A stretch of DNA of 60,585 nucleotides from a candidate division CPR2 bacterium GW2011_GWC2_39_35 (GTDB lineage Bacteria; Patescibacteriota; CPR2). Within the stretch, counting starts at the first letter, position 1; each line of letters starts with the position of its first letter. Positions 53,450 to 60,585 of the stretch are shown in pieces. The notes under the pieces were generated by a model. That model was not told the DNA's origin. It did no database searches and worked only from the letters and a program-made list of their open reading frames with translations. The position numbers and the translations under genes were made by a program. The stretch is from positions 1 to 60,585 of the forward strand of contig LBWX01000002.1 in assembly GCA_000995065.1 (NCBI GenBank), written 5' to 3'.

Positions 53450-53797
53450 CTTCGACTCTACGGAGTAGGTGGAGAAGTACCTTAAGATATAATTACCAAT
53501 CCTTTCCCCAAACTCCCTTAATCCGTTTTTCTTTCTTTTCTTTACCCCAACCTTTAATCTGATTTTATCTATTTCTTGCTTCTCTTAAATCTTCATGCTC
53601 TTCTAAATATACCATTCTCTTAACACCGTGCTCGGCTGTATATTTACCACCTAAACCAGATATATGCTGATCATATCGTGAATCTGCAGCCAGTTAAACC
53701 AGTATAATATGTATCATCCTTACACCACAAAATATATACATACCATTTCCATTGTTTTTTCATTAATGTACTTCTCCACAAGGTCGAAGAATAAAAT
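53450..53797 (-). mobile_element. Inverted-arm unit enclosing a decayed GIY-YIG nuclease gene
   Basis: Left arm CTTCGAC...GTGGAGAAGTAC (53450-53480). Right arm GTACTTCTCCAC..GTCGAAGAATA (53768-53794). 12-bp and 7-bp perfect complementary blocks. The gene fills the space between them. Confidence 0.65.
53493..53763 (-). pseudogene. GIY-YIG (UPF0213/YhbQ-like) nuclease pseudogene with one frameshift (~53690) and one in-frame TAA (53565-53567)
   Basis: My own translation: MKKQWKWYVYILWCKDDTYYTGLT / (shift) AADSRYDQHISGLGGKYTAEHGVKRMVYLEEHEDLREARNR * NQIKGWGKEKKEKRIKGVWGKDW. This matches the YVYIL...YTG.T.D...R..QH.SG.G.KYT...V..VY.E......A...E..IKGW pattern. Confidence 0.75.
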
Positions 53798-53834
53798 ATA
53801 CTTAGCTCTCAACTCCTAACTCTCTACTCATTTT

Positions 53835-54764
53835 TTATACCGTCTCCACCGCTCCTCGAAGATCATTAATGTCAGCAATATTATTCTCGATTAAGTAATT
53901 CTTGATTCCTTCTATTATTTCAAACGGTGAACGAGGATTGACAAAATTATAAGTACCAACGGCGACGGCGGTCGCTCCGGCTAAGATAAACTCCAGGGCG
54001 TCATTTGCATTAGAAATCCCGCCCATCCCGATAATTGGAATCTTAACGGCGTTAAAACACTGCCAGACCATCCTTACCGCCACCGGTTTTACGGCGGGAC
54101 CGGAAAGTCCACCGGTAACATTTGCCAAATGAAATTTCCGGGTTTTGACATCAATTGAGGTGCCGAGAAGCGTGTTTATTAAAGAAATTGCGTCGCTACC
54201 GGCGCCTTCTGCCGCCTTTGCAATTTCCATGATATCCGTAACGTTTGGCGTTAATTTGGTAATAATGGTTAAATCCGTCGCTTTTCTAACTGCTTTAACC
54301 ACCTTTTCAGTTTCTTTAGGATCGCTTCCAAACTGAAACCCACCCCTTTTAAGATTTGGGCAAGACACGTTAATCTCGATTCCGGTTATTTTTCCGGTCG
54401 CAGTTAGCTTTTCGGCAAGCAATGCATATTCCTCGGCGCTCTCGGCCGAGATATTAATAATGATCGGGATGTCAAATTTTTCGTATCTTGGCAGAACTTC
54501 TTTTATAAAATGGTCAATGCCCGGATTTTGAAGCCCGATAGCATTAAGCATTCCGGATGGTGTTTCGATAGTTCTCGGCGGCTTATTGCCTTCTTTAGGG
54601 TTTAAGGTGATGCCTTTAGGAACAACGGCTCCCAAGACAGATAAATCAAAATAATTGTCACTCTGAAGACCAAAAGTTCCCGACGCCACCGTTACCGGAT
54701 TCTTCATTTTGATGCCGGAAACTTGAACGCTTAAATTTGGTTTAGCTAGTGTACTCATTACCAC
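53835..54764 (-). CDS. pyrD: Dihydroorotate dehydrogenase, class 1B catalytic subunit
   Basis: NPVTVASGTFG, NISCPN-like INVSCPNLK, GGISNANDALEFILAGATAV. Confidence 0.85.
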   Translation of the reverse strand: MVMSTLAKPNLSVQVSGIKMKNPVTVASGTFGLQSDNYFDLSVLGAVVPKGITLNPKEGNKPPRTIETPSGMLNAIGLQNPGIDHFIKEVLPRYEKFDIPIIINISAESAEEYALLAEKLTATGKITGIEINVSCPNLKRGGFQFGSDPKETEKVVKAVRKATDLTIITKLTPNVTDIMEIAKAAEGAGSDAISLINTLLGTSIDVKTRKFHLANVTGGLSGPAVKPVAVRMVWQCFNAVKIPIIGMGGISNANDALEFILAGATAVAVGTYNFVNPRSPFEIIEGIKNYLIENNIADINDLRGAVETV

Positions 54765-55525
54765 TCCAAGTCCTCGGCGTTAAATACCGGGCCGTTTAAA
54801 CAAACTGTTTTGTAACCTTGTTTTGTCTTGCAAACGCAAGCAAAACAAAAACCGGATCCACAAGCCATCCGCTCTTCCATGGTAACCTGACAAGGAATCT
54901 GATGATTTGCGGCAATCTCTGCCACGGCTTTCATCATCGGAATTGGGCCCACCGTTAAAACCTCATCAATTTTGTTCTTAACAATAATTTCTTCCACTCT
55001 TTTAGTCACTAAACCTTTGTCGCCATAGCTGCCGTCATCAGTAGCCACCAAAACTTTGGCACCAAGCTTCTTAAAATCGTCTTCTAAGAGAATGTTTTCG
55101 GCACTTCGGCCACCAATCGCCACAAAAATGTTTTTATCCTGATTCCGACTGGCAAAAAAATGCAATGGCGAAACTCCGAAACCTCCACCTACCAAAAGAA
55201 TATTTTTACTCTCCTTACTCACCGTAAAACCGTTGCCATGAGGTCCGGTTAAGCTTACTCGTTCTCCCTCAACTCTCTCCTTTAAGATATTGGTCCCTTT
55301 GCCTTTTATAAAATAGAGGGCTTTTATGATGCCTTTTTCCGGATCGGCGTCTAAAATCCCAATTGGACGTCTTAGAAGCGGATCGGTGCCAGGAGAAACT
55401 TTTACGTTAATAAACTGCCCCGGTTTTGCCTCGACGGCAATTTTTGGCGCTTTAAACGTAATTAAATAAAAATCCTTGGTTAAGGATATGTTTGAGACAA
55501 TTTGCGCATCTTCCAGCTTAAGCAT
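54758..55525 (-). CDS. pyrK: Dihydroorotate dehydrogenase electron-transfer subunit (FAD/NAD, 2Fe-2S)
   Basis: RRPIGI FAD motif and the C-terminal cluster CGSGFCFACVC...C. Overlaps pyrD by 7 nt. Confidence 0.8.
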   Translation of the reverse strand: MLKLEDAQIVSNISLTKDFYLITFKAPKIAVEAKPGQFINVKVSPGTDPLLRRPIGILDADPEKGIIKALYFIKGKGTNILKERVEGERVSLTGPHGNGFTVSKESKNILLVGGGFGVSPLHFFASRNQDKNIFVAIGGRSAENILLEDDFKKLGAKVLVATDDGSYGDKGLVTKRVEEIIVKNKIDEVLTVGPIPMMKAVAEIAANHQIPCQVTMEERMACGSGFCFACVCKTKQGYKTVCLNGPVFNAEDLEW

Positions 55526-55629
55526 AAGAACATTATAGCAAAAATCGGAAAACAGTAAACAAAAAGCAAGGTCACAAAAAGCAAGAATAAATGAAGATTT
55601 AATAATGCCCCAATTATTAACCCTAAATC

Positions 55630-55659
55630 ACGGTTTTAGCACGATCGTTCTAAAACCGT
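55630..55659 (-). terminator. Perfect 10-bp hairpin downstream of the DUF4342-like gene
   Basis: ACGGTTTTAG-CACGATCGTT-CTAAAACCGT. Tail only moderately T-rich. Confidence 0.4.
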
Positions 55660-55677
55660 CATAATAAATTTATATCC

Positions 55678-55968
55678 TTACCCTTTTTTCTCTACTATTA
55701 TCGTCGCTCTTGTTACTAAGGCGGCAAGAGCTCCCGCGGCCGCCAGTATTGGCGCAAGAACTGCCCCAACAATACCTACCGTTAACGGAAATTCCATCAC
55801 GGTTTCGCCTTTCTCATTTTGAACAATGATTCTTCTGGCATTTCCTTCTTTTATAATTTCGTTTACTTTATTTACAATTTGATCTTGACTCACCCGAAAA
55901 ACCTCTTCCCTTACTTCTTCCTTTTTTCCCTCTTCGTCCTTAAACGAGTTTTCTTTTTCGTAAGCCAT
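55678..55968 (-). CDS. DUF4342-like small protein
   Basis: GNARRIIVQNEKGETVMEFPLTVGIVGAVLAPILAAAGALAAL fits my recollection of that family's pattern. Confidence 0.55.
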   Translation of the reverse strand: MAYEKENSFKDEEGKKEEVREEVFRVSQDQIVNKVNEIIKEGNARRIIVQNEKGETVMEFPLTVGIVGAVLAPILAAAGALAALVTRATIIVEKKG

Positions 55969-56359
55969 TTAAAGTCCCCTTTATTTGCAGTTAATTGTAA
56001 TCTACTAGTATTTTAAACTATGAGCCAAATTTTTCTTCGTAAATTTCACCATATTTCGAGAGAATTTATACCCTAAAACTTAGCCAGATGGCCTTAAATT
56101 ATCTGCTACCCTCTCTTTATATGATGTATTTATATCGACCAAGTGACTCCTTAAACCCGACATTTCGGAAGGATGGTGATGGACTATGAGAAATGGCTAT
56201 TCCCAAAACAGCTGTTTGAGTCTGAGCTTGTCGAAGACGAGTTCTGCTTTTTGAAAAAGAATTAGCATTACGTCCTAATCCCATCCTGGAGATCCGTCAG
56301 GCAGTTTTACTTCATTTTTGCTGCCAAAAGTGGAAAGAAACAATTTTAACTATCTCCAC

Positions 56360-56983
56360 TTATGCTTCAGCTACGCAGTCAAATTCAGAATTATAGTTGA
56401 AGTTCAAAACCTCTTCCCTTATCCTCCTAAAACCCTCAATGCTCGAAGGCATTTTTTCTACAAACTGAATAAACTCCGGGTAAATTTCGTCATAAATCTT
56501 CCGAGATGATGAAAGATGAAGCACTTCGTCTCGAAGTTTTGGCAAAACGTCAACAATAACCCCTAAATGAGACGGGTCACGGGCTCCTAAGCAGCACCGC
56601 CACCTTTTTGGAGACAGAAAATCAAGCTTATCAGCGTCTCTTATAATCTCCCCTTCAAGCGTATCCGGCTGCATACTGTAACGATGATTAACAATCGCCC
56701 GATAAACCTCATGACAAAATTCCGGCTCAATCCCTATTTTTCTCAGGGCCTTTTGCGCCATACTTGCGCTAATTTCTTCATGATCTTCGCTATAGAGGCG
56801 TCCGACATCGTGCCACCAAGCAGCTACTTCCACCACATCCTTTCTTACCCCCGGATGGTTTTTAGCAATTCTCTCGGCAAAGCTGACTACGGCTTCCACA
56901 TGAACTGAGTTATGACAGCAATCGTGAATCTGATAAACATAGTGCTTGGCCTCAACAATGGCCTGTTTTAGTTTCGTATCCAT
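56360..56983 (-). CDS. HD-domain phosphohydrolase
   Basis: H...WWHDVGR...D pattern. Confidence 0.7.
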   Translation of the reverse strand: MDTKLKQAIVEAKHYVYQIHDCCHNSVHVEAVVSFAERIAKNHPGVRKDVVEVAAWWHDVGRLYSEDHEEISASMAQKALRKIGIEPEFCHEVYRAIVNHRYSMQPDTLEGEIIRDADKLDFLSPKRWRCCLGARDPSHLGVIVDVLPKLRDEVLHLSSSRKIYDEIYPEFIQFVEKMPSSIEGFRRIREEVLNFNYNSEFDCVAEA

Positions 56984-57040
56984 GAGTTAATTATATAAAC
57001 AAATAGGCCCGCTGTGAAGGTAGCTTATTTATTGTTTGTT

Positions 57041-57835
57041 TTACTTATAAATTACCGCCATTTCCCGCCCCTGACCCATCTTTGAAGTTTGAGCATCAAT
57101 AGCCGAAAATAAAATATCCCAAGTGTAAAAGTAGTTTTCCCCTTCTTTGACTCCCGGATCATTGGTAATAATGCCCTCCGGCTTATATCCCTTAATTATA
57201 AGCACATGATAAGAAGGCTGGCGCCCATAATGAGGGTTTTCTAGGGCATGAGTAATAACCGGCACCACCACCGGATGTCCGGCCGCAATTTCCTTTTTTA
57301 TGTCTTCCTTAGTGATGTTTTTAAACGTTTGAGGCTTATAACCATAATATTCCTGAGCAAATTTGCTCCAAGCTTCGATTGTAAGATCCGGTTCTCTGCC
57401 GTAATTTTTTACTTGCCAATTTTTCATAGCTAACATATCATTGGCTGCTCCATGCTGCTCAATGACTGAGCTGCCATTAAAATCCGTCTGACCCTCCAAA
57501 AAATAATGATACATAAGCAGCGCTGCTTCTTCGCATGATTCCTCATGAACCGCCCAATTGGCAAAGGGCGCCTGAACTGTATAAGGTGCGGTTAATGTAA
57601 CCGACTCCTTAACCTGAGCCGTCGGTAATGGCGAAGGTGTCGGTGTTGTTTTATTATCCTCTCCTTTATTTAGCTCAGCTTCCGGCGTTACTGAAATCAA
57701 ATTCGGCTCTCTTTTGTCTAATCCAATGTTTTCATTAGCCTTATTGAAACTAAGCCACATTCCAAATCCAACAATTATTAGAATTGCAAGAATGGATAAA
57801 ATGATTACTACGTGTTTTCGCTTAATACTACTCAT
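57041..57835 (-). CDS. Membrane-anchored C39-like (papain-fold) peptidase domain protein
   Basis: TM helix VVIILSILAILIIVGF. YTVQAPFANWAVHEESCEEAALLM carries the catalytic-Cys context typical of Peptidase_C39_2. Confidence 0.6.
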   Translation of the reverse strand: MSSIKRKHVVIILSILAILIIVGFGMWLSFNKANENIGLDKREPNLISVTPEAELNKGEDNKTTPTPSPLPTAQVKESVTLTAPYTVQAPFANWAVHEESCEEAALLMYHYFLEGQTDFNGSSVIEQHGAANDMLAMKNWQVKNYGREPDLTIEAWSKFAQEYYGYKPQTFKNITKEDIKKEIAAGHPVVVPVITHALENPHYGRQPSYHVLIIKGYKPEGIITNDPGVKEGENYFYTWDILFSAIDAQTSKMGQGREMAVIYK

Positions 57836-57900
57836 TGATACCTTTCTTGTTTCGAATATAGATGGTGAGAGCGCAATCAGCAATAGTCATTTTAAAAAAA

Positions 57901-57929
57901 TTGACAGATTATTACACCTCTGGTATATT
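57901..57929 (+). promoter_or_regulatory. Sigma70-like promoter TTGACA-17 nt-TATATT for the PadR gene
   Basis: Read directly. Consensus -35. Confidence 0.6.
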
Positions 57930-57954
57930 CCTTATGTATAATAAAGAGGAAGAA

Positions 57955-58518
57955 ATGGAGCTTTTATCTAATTCCGAGTTTGCGATCTTGCAGCTTATCG
58001 CTCAATCAAACGGCGTGTCGGGTTATGACATTAACAAGACCGTTGATAAGAGGGGTTATCGGGAATGGGCGAATATCGGCACCACCTCCATCTATGTCGG
58101 CCTCGAAAAGCTCGAAAAGAAAAAATTTGTAAAATCGAAGCTAGATAGTAAGAAAACCGGTCGCGGCCCCTTACCAAAGAAATTCAGCCTTACCCCTAGA
58201 GGCCGAGAAACACTTAAAAAAGAAATTATCGAAGGACTATCTTTAAGCCGGGAAAAGAGTCCTCAATTCGACCTCGCCCTTGCCTCCCTTCCCCTTGTCA
58301 CCAAAAAAGAGGCCGTAGCCTGCCTTAAAAAGCGAAAAAACTTTCTATCCAGTGAAGCCGATCGGATTCAGGATAAATTTGAGCAGCAAGGCGGCAAAAA
58401 CCTACCGATTTTTGTAAGCTCTCTCTTTTCCCATCCCCTTGCCATAATTAAAGCCGAGATAAAGTTCGTGGAACAGTTAATCGAAGACCTCGAAAAGGAA
58501 AAGGCATGGAAAAAATAG
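57955..58518 (+). CDS. PadR-family transcriptional regulator
   Basis: FAILQLIAQSNGVSGYDINKTVDKRGYREWANIGTTSIYVGLEKLEKKKFV winged-helix pattern. ATG 57955 follows AGAGGAAG. Confidence 0.7.
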   Translation: MELLSNSEFAILQLIAQSNGVSGYDINKTVDKRGYREWANIGTTSIYVGLEKLEKKKFVKSKLDSKKTGRGPLPKKFSLTPRGRETLKKEIIEGLSLSREKSPQFDLALASLPLVTKKEAVACLKKRKNFLSSEADRIQDKFEQQGGKNLPIFVSSLFSHPLAIIKAEIKFVEQLIEDLEKEKAWKK

Positions 58519-58645
58519 AGGGAGATGCTTTAAACGTAATAGGTCTTCAATTAGGCGCATTGGTTAATGACTTAAAAGAGTTTGGCATTGATATCTGGGA
58601 TTTAAGAAATTAAATTACTTTGTAAAGACTAAGAAAGGAAAATAA

Positions 58646-59263
58646 ATGAAAAAAGACATCGAAGTAGAAATAAGGGGTCCGATTGAAAAGGAAAAAATTG
58701 ATCAACTTGAGGATCTTTTCAAAAAAGAGGGCCATTTTAAGAAAACAAAAGAGAGAATTCTAATAGATTATTCAACTTTTTTACCGGAAGAAGGAATCGA
58801 AAACCGGCAAAAAGATATCCGTTTGCGAGTAACCAATGGAATTCCTGAAGTGATTGTTAAACTTGGTGGTTGGGGGGGTTCCGAAAACCGCAAAGAAATT
58901 TCGGTTCCTACCAACAAAGGTGAATTCGATAAACTAGTTCAGATTTTTGGCGCCATTGGGCTAAAAAAGGGTGTTCTTTGTATAAGAAAAAGCCAGATTT
59001 ATGACTACAAGGAAATTGAATTTGCTCTAGTAGAGGTACCTGGCCACAGTTATTTTTACGAGGCAGAAAAGATCTTGAATTCCGATGAGGATTCAGATAA
59101 AGCTAAAAAAGAAATCAAGACTGTTTGCAAGGAACTGGATCTAAAAATTTTTACCGATAAAGACTATTTTAGTTATATCGAGAAGTTAAATGATGAAGCA
59201 AATGAGATATTTGACTTTGATGAATACAAAGATAATTATTTTAAGAAAAGATTTGAACTGTAA
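58646..59263 (+). CDS. CYTH-like domain protein
   Basis: DIEVEIRG (ExExK-like signature with R), with beta-barrel-like alternating pattern to the end. Confidence 0.5.
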   Translation: MKKDIEVEIRGPIEKEKIDQLEDLFKKEGHFKKTKERILIDYSTFLPEEGIENRQKDIRLRVTNGIPEVIVKLGGWGGSENRKEISVPTNKGEFDKLVQIFGAIGLKKGVLCIRKSQIYDYKEIEFALVEVPGHSYFYEAEKILNSDEDSDKAKKEIKTVCKELDLKIFTDKDYFSYIEKLNDEANEIFDFDEYKDNYFKKRFEL

Positions 59264-59287
59264 TTATTTCAAAAGGGCCAATTACAT

Positions 59288-60136
59288 ATGAACTGGTTAT
59301 TTTTGTCTCTTTTAACTGCCTTTTCTTTTGCAGCCACAAATTTAGTAATGCGGGTTCTATCTGTTAATTCCGAAAATCCGCGCGCTTTTTCTTTTGTGGC
59401 TAACCTTTGGGGCGCATGCCTTGCCATCCTTATATTCTTTTCTTTGCCACATAAAAGCCAGATTACGGCAAGCAAGAACATCATTTTGTTAATAATCTTG
59501 GCTTCAATCATTTATGGCATTGTGGATCGGGTGCAATTTTACGCCCGGAAGCATATCGAAGCCTCGACTTTTGCCATCCTCTTTAGGACCACTCTTATTA
59601 TCACTTTTTTAAGCTCAATTATTTTTCTAAAAGAACCATTTACGCTAAACAAATTAATGGGGACTTTGCTTGTCCTTGTAGCATCTATCTTGGTTAGCTA
59701 TAAAAATAGCAAAATCGTAATTGAGAAAAAGTATCTTCTTCTAACCTTATTGTGTTCAACCGCTCTTGGTTTTGGCTGGATCATAAACAAGATGGTTATG
59801 AATAGTGGCTTTTCGCCCCTATTTTTCAACGTCATTCTCTGGGCTGGCGTCCTGCCAATCATCTATTTGCCGTCCATACCATTAAAAGATCTAAAAAGAG
59901 AACTTTCCCTTGGTTCGTGGAAGCTTCCTCTTCTTGCCGTTATTAGCGCCACCGGAACATATGCTCAGCTAATTGCCCTTACTTTAGCTGATGCCTCAAA
60001 AGTAATACCAGTCTCCTCAACGTCTACTGTACTTACCGTTCTGGGCGGCGTCATCTTGTTGAAAGAGAGGACAAATCTAACCAAGAAATTGATCGCTGGC
60101 GGCATCGCCTTTCTGGGCGTAATATTACTTAGATAA
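59288..60136 (+). CDS. EamA/DMT-family transporter
   Basis: Ten predicted hydrophobic helices in two EamA-like halves. Confidence 0.7.
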   Translation: MNWLFLSLLTAFSFAATNLVMRVLSVNSENPRAFSFVANLWGACLAILIFFSLPHKSQITASKNIILLIILASIIYGIVDRVQFYARKHIEASTFAILFRTTLIITFLSSIIFLKEPFTLNKLMGTLLVLVASILVSYKNSKIVIEKKYLLLTLLCSTALGFGWIINKMVMNSGFSPLFFNVILWAGVLPIIYLPSIPLKDLKRELSLGSWKLPLLAVISATGTYAQLIALTLADASKVIPVSSTSTVLTVLGGVILLKERTNLTKKLIAGGIAFLGVILLR

Positions 60137-60145
60137 GGAGAATAT

Positions 60146-60585
60146 ATGCAGCAAGAATTTGAAACGCAAATTTTAGACATTAATCCGGAAAAAATTGCCG
60201 AGAAATTGCGCTTACTTGGCGCAGAAGAGGAACCGGAAGTGATGCAGAAAAGATGGGTTTTTGATATTGAGCCTTGTACTGCTAAAGGCACCGGTAAATG
60301 GATAAGACTAAGACAAATGGGGGACAAAAAAACAACCCTCACTTTTAAAAACAGAAGTGGTAGGGGTATTTGTGACACCCGAGAACTGGAAACAGAGGTA
60401 AGCGATTTCGAGAAAACTGCTAGGATACTCTCCGAGGCTCCGTTTGAAGGCCGATATTATCAGGAAAACAAACGACATCTATTTATTCTAAACGACATCG
60501 AGTTTACCATCGACACTTGGCCCAAAATTCCCCCTTACCTAGAAATTGAAGCCGGAAGTGAGAAAAAAGTCCAGGAAGGATTAAA
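60146..60585 (+). CDS. CYTH-domain protein, 3' end off-window
   Basis: Unlisted open frame from ATG 60146, preceded by AAGGAG. MQQEFETQILDI...KWIRLRQMGDKKTTLTFK...LEIEAGSE is typical of CyaB/CYTH. Confidence 0.55.
   Translation, partial: MQQEFETQILDINPEKIAEKLRLLGAEEEPEVMQKRWVFDIEPCTAKGTGKWIRLRQMGDKKTTLTFKNRSGRGICDTRELETEVSDFEKTARILSEAPFEGRYYQENKRHLFILNDIEFTIDTWPKIPPYLEIEAGSEKKVQEGL

Noticed and set aside
56040-56359. Short ORFs in the DUF4342 / HD-domain spacer: a 55-aa minus-strand ORF MGLGRNANSFSKSRTRLRQ... and a 29-aa plus-strand ORF.
   Set aside because: No SD, no recognisable motif, and a size below what I can support from sequence alone.

Overview
AT-rich bacterial window that is mostly minus-strand housekeeping operons. 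All family names below come from motifs I recognise by eye; no BLAST, HMM or Rfam search was run. Gene content and the repeat flora suggest a small-genome Patescibacteria/CPR (Microgenomates-like) organism, which is inference only.

Left to right:
- A giant cell-surface repeat protein (1-7293) whose frame is broken three times.
- An IS200-like RAYT transposase flanked by REP hairpins.
- A PPIase and a four-domain CoA-disulfide-reductase/rhodanese/TusA/DsrE fusion.
- A glycogen cluster: debranching enzyme, GalT-like protein, GT3 glycogen synthase, GH57, a GT4/5 synthase, and separately an alpha-glucan phosphorylase.
- Phenylalanine-branch genes: aminotransferase, chorismate mutase, prephenate dehydratase.
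- A gene-poor stretch (27.06-28.2 kb) holding a promoter-to-terminator structured RNA, a perfect 44-bp palindrome and a probable transporter gene stump.
- ROK glucokinase and a CYTH protein.
- A more G+C-rich islet of orphan genes.
- A Vms1/eRF1-like release-factor homologue.
- An OmpR/HK two-component system with a shared operator-like box in front of an FtsX/MacB-type ABC transporter.
- A glycosyltransferase preceded by a roughly 560-nt hairpin-dense leader.
- A murF-like/ddl/pgeF cell-wall cluster.
- A complete pyrK-pyrD-pyrF-pyrC-pyrB-pyrE operon.
- PadR, two more CYTH paralogs and an EamA transporter.

No rRNA, tRNA or CRISPR array was seen.

The signals I would look at first:
1. A decayed GIY-YIG nuclease gene exactly bracketed by inverted arms (53450-53797). 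ORF-less hairpin copies of the same arms sit at other pyr gene junctions, inside pyrC, and at 11.9 kb. This looks like an autonomous-element/MITE relationship.
2. Two long, hairpin-dense noncoding loci with their own sigma70-like promoters (27357-27718 plus strand; 44092-44433 minus strand). Neither matches any RNA family I can recognise.
3. A second family of ~85-95-nt palindromic elements with GTCA...TGAC ends, inserted in frame in pgeF and rewriting the pyrB C-terminus.
4. A Vms1/eRF1-like protein with a zinc-ribbon insert.
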